Below, piece after piece: positions 26,301 through 37,139 of a DNA stretch of 64,000 nt (its first letter is position 1; each line of letters opens with the position of its first letter). The stretch covers positions 248,001 to 312,000 of the forward strand of contig MU058290.1 in the NCBI GenBank assembly GCA_013265495.1. Reading direction: 5' to 3'. The stretch is from Vicugna vicugna. Taxonomy: Eukaryota. The position numbers were made by a program, and so were the translations under genes. The notes under the pieces were generated by a model. That model saw only the letters and a program-made list of their open reading frames with translations, searched no databases and had not been told where the DNA came from.

Positions 26301-29300
26301 CAGCTTCAGCTTCTTCCAGGTGGACGGGCTCAAAGTCACCAAGGTGAGAGGGGCCAGTAGCCCTGGAGGAGGGAGCACAGGAGGGTGGGAGTAGAAGGTG
26401 GGGAGTGACAGACACCTGCATCCTGTGTCACTCTGGGTTTGGGTGGAGAGCAGGCCCTGACATTCCACTTTCTACCTCCCCACGCAGGAACTGGGAGCCC
26501 CGGGAGCCTCTGTCCGTACCTTGGCCTTCCATGTGCCTGGGCGGGTTGTGGCTGTGGGCCGGCTGGACGGGATGGTGGAGCTGTGGGCCTGGCAAGAAGG
26601 GGCACGGCTGGCTGCCTTCCCTGCCCACCGCGGCTTTGTGGCTGCTGCCCTTTTCCTGCGTGCGGGCTGCCAGTTACTGACGGCCGGAGAGGATGGCAAG
26701 GTCAGGTGACCGAGGGCTGGTGGTGGGCAATGAGGAGGGGGTGGCAAAGGTGTGGGGATATTTGGGTGAGGACGGGGCCTTTGTTGGGGAGACTGGGGGA
26801 GCTTGGCTGGTGCAAGCTACAGGGAGAAGGGTGTGGGTGTGTGCACAGCAGCTCTTGGGAGACGAGAGACAAATCTGGAAGGAGGACTTTAATGGGGGAG
26901 GGGTGGGGCAGGCTGTCTTTAAGGCCCTTTCTTGGCCCTCAGGTTCAGGTGTGGTCCGGGTCTCTGGGTCGGCCCCGTGGGTGCCTAGGTTCTCCTGCTC
27001 TCTCTCCTGCCCTCTCTGTGGCTCTCAGCCCAGATGGTGATCGTGTGGCCGTTGGGTACCGAGCAGATGGCATTCGAGTCTACAGAATTCCTTCAGGTAC
27101 CAGAGGGAGAAGGGCTGGAGTGTTTGAGCTTTGGAAGGAGCCCCCGTGCCCACCCCAGCCCTCTTCCCAAGCATCTTACGCTCTTGTCTCTCATTCTCTA
27201 GATTCCCAGGAGGCTCAATGTCAAGCAGTAGACGTGGCAGTGTCTGCACTGGCCTGGCTCAGCCCTAAGGTGTTGGTGAGTGGTGCCGAAGATGGGACCC
27301 TGCAGGGCTGGATGCTCAAGGGACACTCCCTTCAGGCCCTCTGGCTTTTGTCCAGACACCGGAAGCCCGTCCTGGGACTGGCCACCTCCCAGGAACTCTT
27401 GGCTGCTGCCTCAGGTACGGCTGGCCAGCAGGCAGGGTTGTGAGTCACTGTTTATTTTAAATAAGCTAACATCTGTCTTCAATTTATATGTATGTGTGTA
27501 CATGAAAATACGCACCTATATAACTTTATTTTACAATTTTAAAGTGCTTTTAAAAGCATTTATCTTGCAGTCACTTGAGACTGTTTCTTCTTATTCTTTA
27601 ACCCTGATTCTGGGACCTCTTTGTAATCCTTGTGACCCTTTGAGTTTCTGTCCAGTAGGAGATTGTGCTGTGTCGAAGGATGGGTTTCCCTTAGGAGGAG
27701 AGAGAGATGTTGAGGTGAAAATGTAGACTGGCCTTCTTCTTCCCTAGATAGGAGGCACTTTAGAAGAGGAAGGGAGTGGGGTGCAGTGGGGAGTTAGAAA
27801 GAGACAGCTACAGAGCCGGAGCTGGGAGTGCCTGGCATTCCTGTCCTGCGTCCTCACAGGATGACTGACCCTTGTCCAGGGCGTCCCCACAACCTGTGAC
27901 TCACAGCGTCCCTCCCTTGGAGCTGTGCCCTCAGACATCATCCTCAGCCCCCACGATCGCCTTTGTCTTTGACCTCCCAGGCCGGTCTCACTTCCTCTTT
28001 CAGGACATCTTCCTCTCCCCCTTTTTCCAATGCAGAGGATTTCACTGTGCGGCTGTGGCCCCGGCAGTTGCTGACACTGCCACAAAAGGCAGAAGACTTT
28101 CCCTGTGGCACTGAGCTCCGGGGACACGAGGGCCCTGTGAGCTGCTGTAGCTTCAGCACCGATGGATGCAGCCTGGCTACCGGGGGCAGGGATCGGGTGA
28201 GCCGCAAAAGGATGCAGCCCCTGTGCTCCCCCAGACACTCTGGTCCAGCATTCCTGATCGTTTCCTGCTGCTTCCTCCGGCTTTTGCTTTGTTGAACCTC
28301 CTGTGCTGGGTCTGTCCACCCTCCTTCCTTGATACTCCCTCTTTTCTTGAAACTTCTCACCTACAATGGCCCTGGTGTTCCTACCTCCATCCTGCGGTCC
28401 TGACGGCTCCCTCTCTTGGGACCCACCAGAGTCTGCTCTGCTGGGATGTGAGGACACCCAAAGCCCCTCTTCTGATTTGCTCCTTCTCTGCCTGTCACCG
28501 AGACTGGGTCACTGGCTGCGCCTGGACCAAAGACAACCTCCTGGTGAGTGAAGGGGCGGGGGTGGCACAAAGCTTAGCAGGGTTCCTGGGGAGGACAGCA
28601 CTCCCCACCCCATCCTATTCCTAACCCTCATTTATAATGTAGTATTATATGGCATTAATATAATTTTCCAGCACCCAATATTATAGCTAACATTTTTTTA
28701 CCACTTAGTATATGCCAGACACTGGGCTAAGCTCTTAACATGTATTGCCTCATTTAGTCTTTACAACACCCTGTAAAGAGCTGTTGTCTCTATTTCATAG
28801 ACATGGATGTTGAGCTCAGATAGATTAAAGACCATTTCCAAGGTCATGTAAGGGAAGAAGCTGAGCCAGTAGACTTTCTCATAAGAAAGCCTGTGCTCTT
28901 AACAAGAACACAGAACTGTCTCTGCAAGAGCTTAGGATGCCCTGTTCCTGCAGGTAAAGGGAACTGCTGCGATTTCTTTGCTCCTAAAGCAAAAATGAAT
29001 CTCAAATTATGCCCTCAGGGATGGTGAAGCCTAATTTCTGATACAGGGTCTCTGTTGTTCTCAAAAAGAAATAAGAGTATCAGTTTTGAATAGACTAGTC
29101 ATAGTCTGCCCTGCTCCAACTTCTCGGCAGCCAGATCTTTTCATGGTGTTGCAGACTTTTCATCTTTGTTTCTTGACTGACACTACGTTAGTAACAAGGA
29201 CAGTAGCTGCTCTTTATTCAATGCTCACTGTGTACCAGGCAGCTTGCTAAGTGCTTTACATAGATGCGTCAGCCCCCATCAGAAGGTACACTGTCATTAT

Positions 29301-32300
29301 CCTGGTCGAATAGAAGAGAAACCTGAGGTCCAGAGAAATGAACTTGCCCTAGGTCACAAAGTAATGAATGGTGGCACTAGGATTTGAACCCAGCATGGCC
29401 CTTGCTCTTCATCACAAGTCTTACTGCCCTCCACCCTATGGTGGTAAGTATACAGAAATGCTAGAGGGATGCTGGTAATTCGACTCCTCTACCCTCTGAT
29501 TCTGAAGGTCTCCTGCTCCAGTGATGGCTCTGTGGGGCTATGGGACCCAGAGTCCAGACAGCAGCTCGGTCAGTTCCTGGGTCATCAGAGTGCCGTGAGC
29601 GCCGTGGTGGCCGTGGTGAGAAGGCGATGGGGAGCTCACCGGGGGTCTCTGGGAAGGCTAACGGGGGTTGGGAGACTCGATGCACTGGGTATCTAATCTC
29701 CAAAGTGAAAGAAGTATAAACAGTGCGATGCTTGCATCTGGATTAGAGCAGGTTTAGGGTATTGAGACTGAGAGTTGGTGGGAGGGGAGGGAGAGCATAA
29801 AAACACAGCATGTCAGTACCACAACCCTGTGGCAGGGTTGTGGTCCTGACTCCCAGCCACACTGTCCCAGGGTTGTCCTCATTCTTTGACATCTTCTAAG
29901 CCCTGAATGCTCAGCCCACACCTCTGTGAGGGGAGTCATAATTCCCATGTCCAGCTCAGTGTGACTCTTCTCTGATCCTGTGCTCTGGGGCAGGAGGGGC
30001 ATGTGGTATCTGTCGGCCGGGATGGGACCTTGAAAGTGTGGGACCATCAGGGTGTGGAGATGACCAGCATCCCTGCTCACTGTGGACCCATCAGCCACTG
30101 TGCGGCTGCCCTGGAGCCCCGGACAGGTAATGACGTGTCAGCCGCCTTCCCTTCCCCGCTGCTTCTTCCCGTCTCCCCTTCTTCTGACTCAGTCCCTGTG
30201 TCTCGTCAGCCGGCCAGCCGGAGTCGGAGCTTCTGGTGGTGACTGCTGGATTGGATGGGGCCACACGGTTGTGGCATCCACTCTTGGTGAGTTCCCCGAG
30301 AGGACAGGGTGGGGAGAAGTGGAGAGGATGTATTTGGGACCGTCTGACCTGTCAGCTCCCCCCATTCCACCTCCATCCTTCCCGCCTAGGTGTTTCAGAC
30401 ACACACCCTCCTGGGACACAGTGGCCCGGTCAGTGCGGCTGCTGTTTCCGAGACCTCAGGCCTCCTGCTGACCGCCTCAGAGGAGGGCTCCATACGGCTC
30501 TGGCAGGTCCCCGAAGAAGCAGGCAAGTGAGGCGTAGAGAGAGGCAGGGTGTGAGGGGGGGTGTGTTAGCGGGACCAAGATGACCAGGTGTCGCCTGATA
30601 TCCTCCTGTATCCCAGCAGTGGTCCAGCTCCTGATCAGTCACTTCCTTTCTTCTCCAGATGACACGTATATACCCAGGAGTCCTGCAGCCATCACTTCTG
30701 TGGCCTGGGCCCCAGATGGTTCCGTAGCAGTGTCTGGGAATCAGGCCGGGGAACTAACCTTGTGGCAGGAAGCTAAGGCTGTGGCCACCGCACAGGTGAG
30801 TTGGGTCAACCCCAGTCCTTTGTTCATGTGAATTCTGCCCGGGCTGTGTGTCTGATGATCTGTGTGGGGTTAGAGGCTGCATAGATGGAGGGGAAAGAAG
30901 GTTCATCCTAAGTCCTCAGAAATACTGAAATAGACTTGTATTCACTAGGCTCCAGGCCCCATCAGTGCTCTGCTCTGGTCCTCAGCACACACCTTGATTG
31001 TTGTCAGTGCTTATAACCAAGTCAGCGAGTGGCGAGTGGTACTCCGGATGGATTCAACTCCCAGACATTTCAGGTGAAATGAGGCGGCTGGGTTAATGGA
31101 TATAATTACACCTGCAGTTTTGCTCAGATTACCCTTCTCTACTTCTGAACTAGGTCAACAGGATGTTAGTTAGTAAGCAGGATAAAGTCCCCTGCGAAAT
31201 TGTTTTCTGCTCCTGGTCCTGTCAATTTATTTAATAATTATCAAGTGCCTACTTTTATGCTAAGCTCTGGGCCAGGCAGTATGAACCAGATTGGAATTTT
31301 TTAATTGAGGAAGCTCACAGTAGAGAAATGTGCATATAAGTAAACTGCCAACAATATGCAGAGTGATTACTGCTGTAACGAAGATATAAATATAAAATTC
31401 CTGGGGCTGCAGAATATAAGAAACTTACTGTTTATGAAAGAGTTGCTATTTGAGGTTGTGCTTAAAGGATGAGTAGGAGTTTTTTGGACCAGTAAGGGCA
31501 GAGAAGGCAGCATTAACAAAAGGCATGGAGGCATGAGAGTGCATGGTGTATTCTGAGTCTAGCCAAGCCTTTGGGTTCTTGGTGGGAGTTGGGGGTGGGA
31601 GGTGGGGAATTAGATTGAAAAGATAAAACTGGGGCCAGGCTGTAGAGGGCACAGGGTTAAGAATTTTGAGCAGAATAATTACCTGAATTTTAGAGAGAGA
31701 ACGCCAGTGGCCAAATTAGGGTGGATAGTAGTAGAGGGATCCTAAAGGTACAGCTGTTGCTATAGCCCAGGGAAGACACAATGTGGGTTCTGACCTGGGC
31801 GGTGGGGATGAGAGGAGGGGTAGAGATTCAGGCATATGTTGCAAACAGAATCCATAGTGCTCATCGATCAGTAGGAGGTCAGGAGGGAAGGAAGGGACAA
31901 GAATGTGAGAGATTCCTACTTTGCACAAGTGAGGTGATGGTATGATAAATGCTAATGTAAGAAAAGCAGGCAAAGGAACAGAATTTGCAGTGAAAGTGAT
32001 GCATCTTGTATTATACTTTACTACTGAGGAATTCTTGGGGAATTGAGGTGCCTGAGAGAGGCGAGCTAAAGTAGGATCTGTCTCTGTCCATGTACCTTTT
32101 TTGAGCTACAGTCTTTACCTGAACCAAGTTCTGCAGGAGGACCTAGGGTTCCTGACAGGTGTCAGCCTGGCCCCTGATGGCCACTCCCTCATCTTGGCCA
32201 AGGCGGATTTGCAATTACTGCACATGAAGCTGGGGGATGCTCCCTCTGTAATCTGGTAAGATCCAAAATGCTGTTTCCTCTCAGGCTGGAGAAAGAGGAA

Positions 32301-34367
32301 AAGTGGGTTAGTGGTTAACCTGAGGTTGGTCCTAAATTAGAACAAACACTGGGGTCTTGCAGAGAAGGGTTCCTGGGTTCAGCCGCTTTCTTTCTTGTAA
32401 ACCAGGAGCAGCTATTCAGACCATCCTATGATGCTGTCCATCCACCAGGACTATGGTGTGTTTGTCCTGCAGTCAATGCACCTTAGAGTTTTTTCTCTCT
32501 CAGTAAGTTCTGTTTGTGTGTGTGTTAAAACAAATATTTGTTCAGGATCACTATTTTAAAGCCGTGGGGCCATGATGGAGGATAAGAAGAAGGAAGGGAA
32601 AGGCTCCCAATCTTCTCTTCCTTCAGCTGGAGCAGCTCTGGTTCAGAGCATGCTATAATGGGTTTCCTTGTAAGATGTCATTGATACAGAAAAGGATTCT
32701 AGTGTTTAAAAGAATCATGGGAGTGGGGAGGGTGTAGCTCAGTGGTGGAGTGCATGCCTAGCATGCACAAGGTCCTGGGTTCAATCCCCAGTACCTCTGT
32801 TTAAAAAAATATATAATAAATAAACCTAAATTACCTCCCTCACCATAAAAAAGTTTAATTAATAAATTAATTAATTAATAAAAAAGAATCATGGGAAACC
32901 ATAAACATAATTTTCTTAATTGCATTTTTTTCATGTCTCTCTTGTCTTGCCACTGTATTAGCAGTATTTGGACAGTACAGACATATCTCATAGGCATTAT
33001 GATGGATGAAAGAAGCCAGACATAAAAGAGTATATATTACATGATTTCACTTAAATGAAGTTCAAGAACAAGCAAAACTAATTTCTGGTGACAGAAGTCA
33101 GAATATTGTTAGCTCTAGGGGTGGTGGTACGCTGATGTTAACTGGGAAAGGTTATGAAGGCAGCTCTCCAGGGTGATGGAGATGACCTGCATCTTGATCT
33201 GGGCAGTGATTGCATGGATGTATACATGTGTCAAATTTTATCAAGATGTCCATTTAAGGTTTGTGTACTTTCCTGTAGCTAGTTTACCGCTTAAAAAACT
33301 CCTGACCAGCCCAGAGCAGAAAAGAGTTGCTCTGTCTGGGCAGCAGTAATTGCTATGAATAGGCAAAACAAAATGATCTATCCTTTCACAGAGGCGAAAG
33401 GAATCAGGAGAGTTGGAAGAGTGCATGGAATTTAATCTGAATTTAGAGAATCCTAGTAAGACCCTCATATCGGTAACTCAGGCCAGACCTGAATCTGGTG
33501 AGTGTGGATGGGAGGGCCTGAGGAATCTGGAGATCGCCTGGGGGAGGAGAGTGGATCCTTCGAAGCCTGAAACCTAACTCTGCCCTTGAAATGGCAGAGT
33601 CCTCATTTTTGTGTGCCAGCTCTGATGGGATGCTGTGGAACCTAGCCAGATGCACTGCTGAAGGAGAATGGACCACAGATAATATCTGGCAGAAAAAAGT
33701 AGAAACTCCAGAGACAGATCCATCTATACCTACTGACATATGGCCAACAGTCCCATCCCTAAATACACGGCAGCGCAGAAAGGTGAGTTTGAGGGAAAGG
33801 GCACAATACTGGGGAGGAGGCTCTAGGTCCGGCCCAGCAGACTTCTGTGCTTCCTGGACTGAGGAGGCCCACTGAGAACTCACCATACCTCATCCTTTTC
33901 CTCTCTGAGATTCACACGGGCCCTGTCACAGCCCTCCACGTGCTGCCTGAGTTGCTGGTGACAGCTTCAAAGGACAGAGATGTTAAACTGTGGGAGAGAC
34001 CCAGTATGCAGCTGGTAAGTGTGTGTGTGTGTGTGTGTGTAAGGAGGGCTGAAGGGATGTCATAGAGCAAACTCGGGATAAAAAAGGGGAAAAGATCAAA
34101 ATTCTGTTTTCTTCTATCCTTCTTGCAGTAGTGTGCAACTAACACCTGTTTCTAAACAAAAGTTGTTAGCGCAAAGAGAAAAACAAGTTAGTAAGAATGC
34201 GCCAGGTTTGGAGCCCTCACCTCCCGTTTTTGTTCCCGTTGTAGCTGGGCCTGTTCCAATGCGAAGGGGCAGTGAGCTGCGTGGAGCCTTGGCTGGGTCC
34301 TAACTCTGCCCTGCAGCTCGTGGTGGGAGACACACAGGGCAACGTATACTTTCTGTCCTGGGAATGA
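2094..34367 (+). CDS. TEP1: Telomerase protein component 1 (telomerase/vault-associated), 54 coding exons, 2580 aa
   Basis: Translated exons match recalled mammalian TEP1 throughout ([11 protein letters not shown] repeats, [34 protein letters not shown]40 repeats, C-terminal [13 protein letters not shown]). Exons read from AG/GT boundaries: 2094-2546, 3624-3803, 4093-4227, 4981-5142, 5544-5705, 5992-6066, 7214-7338, 7551-7708, 10446-10555, 11558-11648, 11877-12060, 14192-14360, 14831-14989, 15170-15247, 16487-16617, 16944-17003, 17784-17942, 18557-18733, 18913-19033, 19593-19717, 19995-20108, 20198-20315, 20472-20666, 20790-20965, 21049-21205, 21320-21499, 21950-22042, 22318-22450, 22587-22737, 22989-23122, 23327-23415, 23692-23806, 24243-24483, 24681-24804, 25634-25758, 25873-25972, 26188-26343, 26488-26700, 26943-27096, 27202-27414, 28036-28196, 28430-28543, 29508-29615, 29994-30126, 30210-30286, 30390-30522, 30659-30795, 30949-31073, 32112-32255, 32406-32502, 33392-33497, 33598-33782, 33910-34014, 34245-34367. 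Lengths sum to 7743 nt, a multiple of 3. ATG is in gccATGg context and the acceptor of this exon is at 2068-2069. Confidence 0.97.
6410..6655 (+). mobile_element. MIR SINE relic
   Basis: tagtggttaagagtgtggaatctggattcagac...cctcattttctcacatataaaatggggataatagcagtacc-like core. Confidence 0.75.
9072..9182 (+). mobile_element. tRNA-Ala-derived SINE (camelid Vic-1-like), short copy with TSD
   Basis: A/B-box head ttagtggtagagcgtatgcttagcatgcatgagagcctgggttcaatcccc and A-rich tail. TSD agaaaacc(t/c)t(t/c)cataca at 9055-9071 and 9183-9199. Confidence 0.85.
10840..11390 (-). mobile_element. 5'-truncated LINE-1 3' end
   Basis: Poly-T followed by aattgaagtatagtcagtttaca. The minus-strand frame encodes the ORF2 C-terminal [16 protein letters not shown]. 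Confidence 0.88.
12750..12930. mobile_element. MER3/MER33-like hAT relic
   Basis: ggctacatgtggctattgagcacttgaaacgtggctaatg...aaaatatctcattcataattttt. Confidence 0.65.
12937..12990 (+). mobile_element. 3'-truncated tRNA-Ala-derived SINE head
   Basis: ggggagggtatagctcagtggtagagtgtgtgcttagcatgcatgaggtcctg, stopping just before the B box. Confidence 0.8.
13000..13860 (-). mobile_element. Ancient L1 3' relic (L1MC-like)
   Basis: aaatcaggatccaaataagg...catgacattgacttg...agaatgtcccacattctagatttgtctg pattern. Subfamily assignment from memory. Confidence 0.6.
15373..15794. mobile_element. hAT DNA transposon relic (MER63-like)
   Basis: tgctgggagatatttaacaaccagc...tttccatggtgtaaatac...tcaagctaccaacatg...gagttgggag resembles the recalled MER63 consensus. 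Confidence 0.65.
15805..16285 (-). mobile_element. 5'-truncated LINE-1 3' end
   Basis: Typical L1 3' sequence gacttattttgcttagcataatgccctccaggtccatccatgttgctgcaaatggc with T-rich start. Confidence 0.85.
17030..17240. mobile_element. MLT1-type LTR fragment
   Basis: cttctgtcttgttgctctaccatcctc...caagatggctgctccagctccggccatca...cacgtcacttctgttcatt. Confidence 0.65.
20472..22042 (+). other. TEP1: TEP1 exons encoding the NACHT NTPase region; boundaries approximate
   Basis: Walker A GQSGQGKT at 20634-20657; Walker B-like VLIIDGAD in exon 21049-21205. Confidence 0.85.
23980..24150. mobile_element. MER5-like hAT MITE
   Basis: cagcggttcacac...cccagattctggttccctaggtctggagggaggccc...gggccacaccttgaga. 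Confidence 0.6.
29200..29430 (-). mobile_element. MIR SINE relic (similar relics near 28680-28900, 57030-57277, 60080-60320)
   Basis: gagaaacctgaggtccagagaaatgaacttgccctaggtcaca...ggatttgaacccag. Confidence 0.7.
32723..32881 (+). mobile_element. tRNA-Ala-derived SINE (Vic-1-like), full copy with perfect TSD
   Basis: tRNA-like head, taaacctaaattacctcccc middle and AT-rich tail. 15-bp TSD aaaagaatcatggga at 32708-32722 and 32882-32896. Confidence 0.9.
32990..33297 (+). mobile_element. Old L1 3' end fragment
   Basis: gaaagaagccagacataaaagagtatatattacatgatttc...ttaaggtttgtgtactttcctgta...aaaaaa. Confidence 0.7.
34019..34040 (+). repeat. (GT)11 microsatellite at the start of the last TEP1 intron
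   Basis: Read directly from the sequence. Confidence 0.95.
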
Positions 34368-34457
34368 AGACGTACTACTCAGGGCAAAGAGACCACTTGT
34401 GCTAGAGATGCAAAGCCGGAAGACGCCAGTGGCTACTTTCTTTCTCCGATTATATAA

Positions 34458-34463
34458 AATAAA
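34458..34463 (+). terminator. Probable proximal polyadenylation signal of TEP1
   Basis: AATAAA about 90 nt after the TGA, followed by GT-rich sequence (tgcctgtgttctcctgtgg). Confidence 0.6.
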
Positions 34464-36621
34464 GTGTCAGAAAACCTCAAGTGCAGTCCTGCCTGTGTTC
34501 TCCTGTGGATTTGGACCAAGAAGGAAGACTATGGATGTTCTGATGTTTCTTTCTGATGTAACGTTAATCTTTCCTAGAATTGCAAGAAAGTGAACCAGAT
34601 CTTTAATAGATATTCTTTGGATTCTGGTGTCATTTGCTGGCCCCAGTACCCTAAGATAACATTCCTACCAGGGGGAGGAATGAAAGTGATGTTGACCAGC
34701 ACTTAGTTTGAATAGAGATTCGAAGACCTCTCACCTGTTCAAGAAAGAGGAAGAGAAGGAACAGTGGCTCAGCTGTGCCGCTGGTCAGGGCTGGAAAGAA
34801 CCGGGTTAGAACTAGGACGATGCTAGGTTCCTCTCAAAGTAACAGCCCCATCTGCCCGGAGCTACCTGCCTGGATGGGAGTGAGGAGCCAGGGCTCTGAA
34901 AGCACGGTGAGTCTTCTAGCTTTCCCAGCCTCTGACAGAGCAGCGGTGGCCACTTGACTTGCAAGCATGAATCAGTATGATAATTTGCATTCTGGGAAGA
35001 GATCACAAAGGGGTATGCCTCTCAAATTGATGTTCACAAAGATTAAAATGAGTTGAAAGGTGAAACAGTGCCCACACGTGGACTAACCATGGACTTTCAA
35101 AGTTCTGGAAACTTATTTTCCTATAGTTCTATTTTATGGGAGAGGAAGTTCCCTGAGGCCCTTTCTACAGGTTAAGGAAAGGCTAAGAGTCTTTTGTATC
35201 CAGGAGTTCAAGGACTTGTATATGATAAGCCAGAGCTATTACAGGATTTTTATCCTGGGTTAGTAGGGTTCTCTCAGAGAAACACCATTGCACTCTGGTC
35301 TAGAAATGAGTTTTCAGGATTCAGGGAGTTGAGAGGGTACTTAGTTTTGTTCTTACTTTGCCCTGATTCCAATTTTACATCGAGAAATCACCCAAAGGTC
35401 TTTACCTGATTTCTACCAATGCCTTGTATTCTCTCTCAGCCAGAGGATAAAGACGTAGGAATGACATCAGCTGATAAGTCTTAATGATAGTTCGTGCGTC
35501 TATCTTTTCTCATGTGCCTCATGCAAGGGCTCTAAATATACCTTCTAGACTACCTCCTCCACGTGTACCTTGTGACTAGAAGTTCAAGTTAAGGTAATTT
35601 GAAACTTATGATTCATAATACTATCCAGAATTGCTTCAGAGAATCTTGGCATAGCGTCATCCCAAAAGTCCCTGGTTTCAAACTTTTGCCTTTTGTTCCC
35701 CTGAAAGCATGGGCTGAGGACGGGAGGAAGCCCTCGATGTCTGTCTTCTGTGCTCTAAAAATTCTACAAAAGCACCCAGCTGCGGCCTTGTTGGTCAGGT
35801 CCACTTGAAGGGTCAGTTCTGTCTTTCTTATCTTGGAGATACACAGCGAGGTCATAGGATAATTGCTGTGAGTGAAGATAGGAACAGATTCTAGGTAACA
35901 GTAAATATGTACCCAAGGGAGTTGAAGAGAAAATCACTTTGGGTTTTCCCATGAAATGTTTTCTGAGTTCTTATCATTAAACAGAATCTCAGTGTCTCCC
36001 AGGGCCTGGACGAGTTCCACAATATAGCCACTGGACTGCAGGGTCAGCGGACATTAGAGCAGTCTTTTCTTCTCTTACTCATCTATCTACAAAAGCACAT
36101 TTTCATAAGCCAAATTTTTCATTTTTAACATCTGTTTTTACACAGCTATCTGGCACAATCTGGTTTTGAAATCGAGAGCAGATCTGCTCACAGTTTGGTT
36201 TGTGGACTAGTGCCAGTCCAAACATTGTTAATGGTTTATTTTCCTAGTACTTCATTTTTATTATATTTGACAAAAGTATTGTTCAATGACAGGTCAGGAA
36301 TTAAAACGAAGAAACAAACAACTGGTCCTTCATCTCCGAAGTTCTGAGAAGCACTACTCTAGAAAGACTGGGTTTAAAAAGTAGCTTGAAATCATGGACT
36401 TACATAACAAGACTGCTTCCCTTTCCCCATAATAAAGCAAGCATAATCATAGTTCTTATTTTGTGGGGATATTGTGAGGATTAAATGAGTTAAAATCAGT
36501 AAAACACTTAGAACAGTTGCAGACACTTCCATGGGGAATGTTCAGGAAGTGCTAGCTAGACTGTGCTTTTACTTACCCACTGGTGCAAGTGTCACCTGTT
36601 ATTCTTTCTCAAAACTGTCTT

Positions 36622-36805
36622 GGGGGTGGAGGGTATAGCTCAAGTGGTAGAGCACATGCTTAGCATGCATGAGGTCCTGGGTTCAATCCCCAGTACCTCC
36701 TCTAAAAATAAATAAACCTAATTACCCCCCCAGCTTTCCAAAATAAAATAATTAAATAATACAATAATAAAGGGATAAAAATAGAAAAAAAGTAAAATGT
36801 TAAAA
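36622..36805 (+). mobile_element. tRNA-Ala-derived SINE (Vic-1-like)
   Basis: gagggtatagctcaagtggtagagcacatgcttagcatgcatgaggtcctgggttcaatccccagtacctcc, then aaacctaattacccccc and an A-rich tail. Both flanks carry aaaa..gtcttgg. Confidence 0.88.
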
Positions 36806-37139
36806 AAAGTCTTGGTTATTAGTATACATTTATTCAGTCAGATGAAATATGGACTCAGTTCTTCAGTTTAAGAAATACATGTATGGGGAACTGTTAGAAT
36901 TGAAAAAAAAAAACCCACCTGTTGGGTCTAGATCTTCTACCTGGAAATAAAACACATCACTTCCACTCATCTTATATATGTGAGCAAAGCAAGTCACATG
37001 GCTCTACCTAGTGTCAAAGAGGAGGGAAGTATCATCCTACTGTGTATCTGGAAGAAGAACTAGGAACCAGATGCACAGTTACATCCCCAAAGAACCTGTG
37101 TTGATGCTTTTGCAGTAGAGTGGCTCTTAATCCTTTCTT

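Larger units (their letters stand above)
24681..34367 (+). other. TEP1: TEP1 exons encoding the C-terminal WD40 repeat array
   Basis: Repeated GH...WD-type units, e.g. [14 protein letters not shown]...LLCWD and [11 protein letters not shown]...LKVWD. Confidence 0.85.

Noticed and set aside
35599..35952. Short intergenic ORFs between the TEP1 and PARP2 3' ends
   Set aside because: No recognisable homology, promoter or splice structure.
36622..36700. True tRNA-Ala(AGC) gene
   Set aside because: It is followed by the shared SINE middle segment and A-rich tail, occurs in several diverged copies with TSDs, and lacks a T-run terminator.
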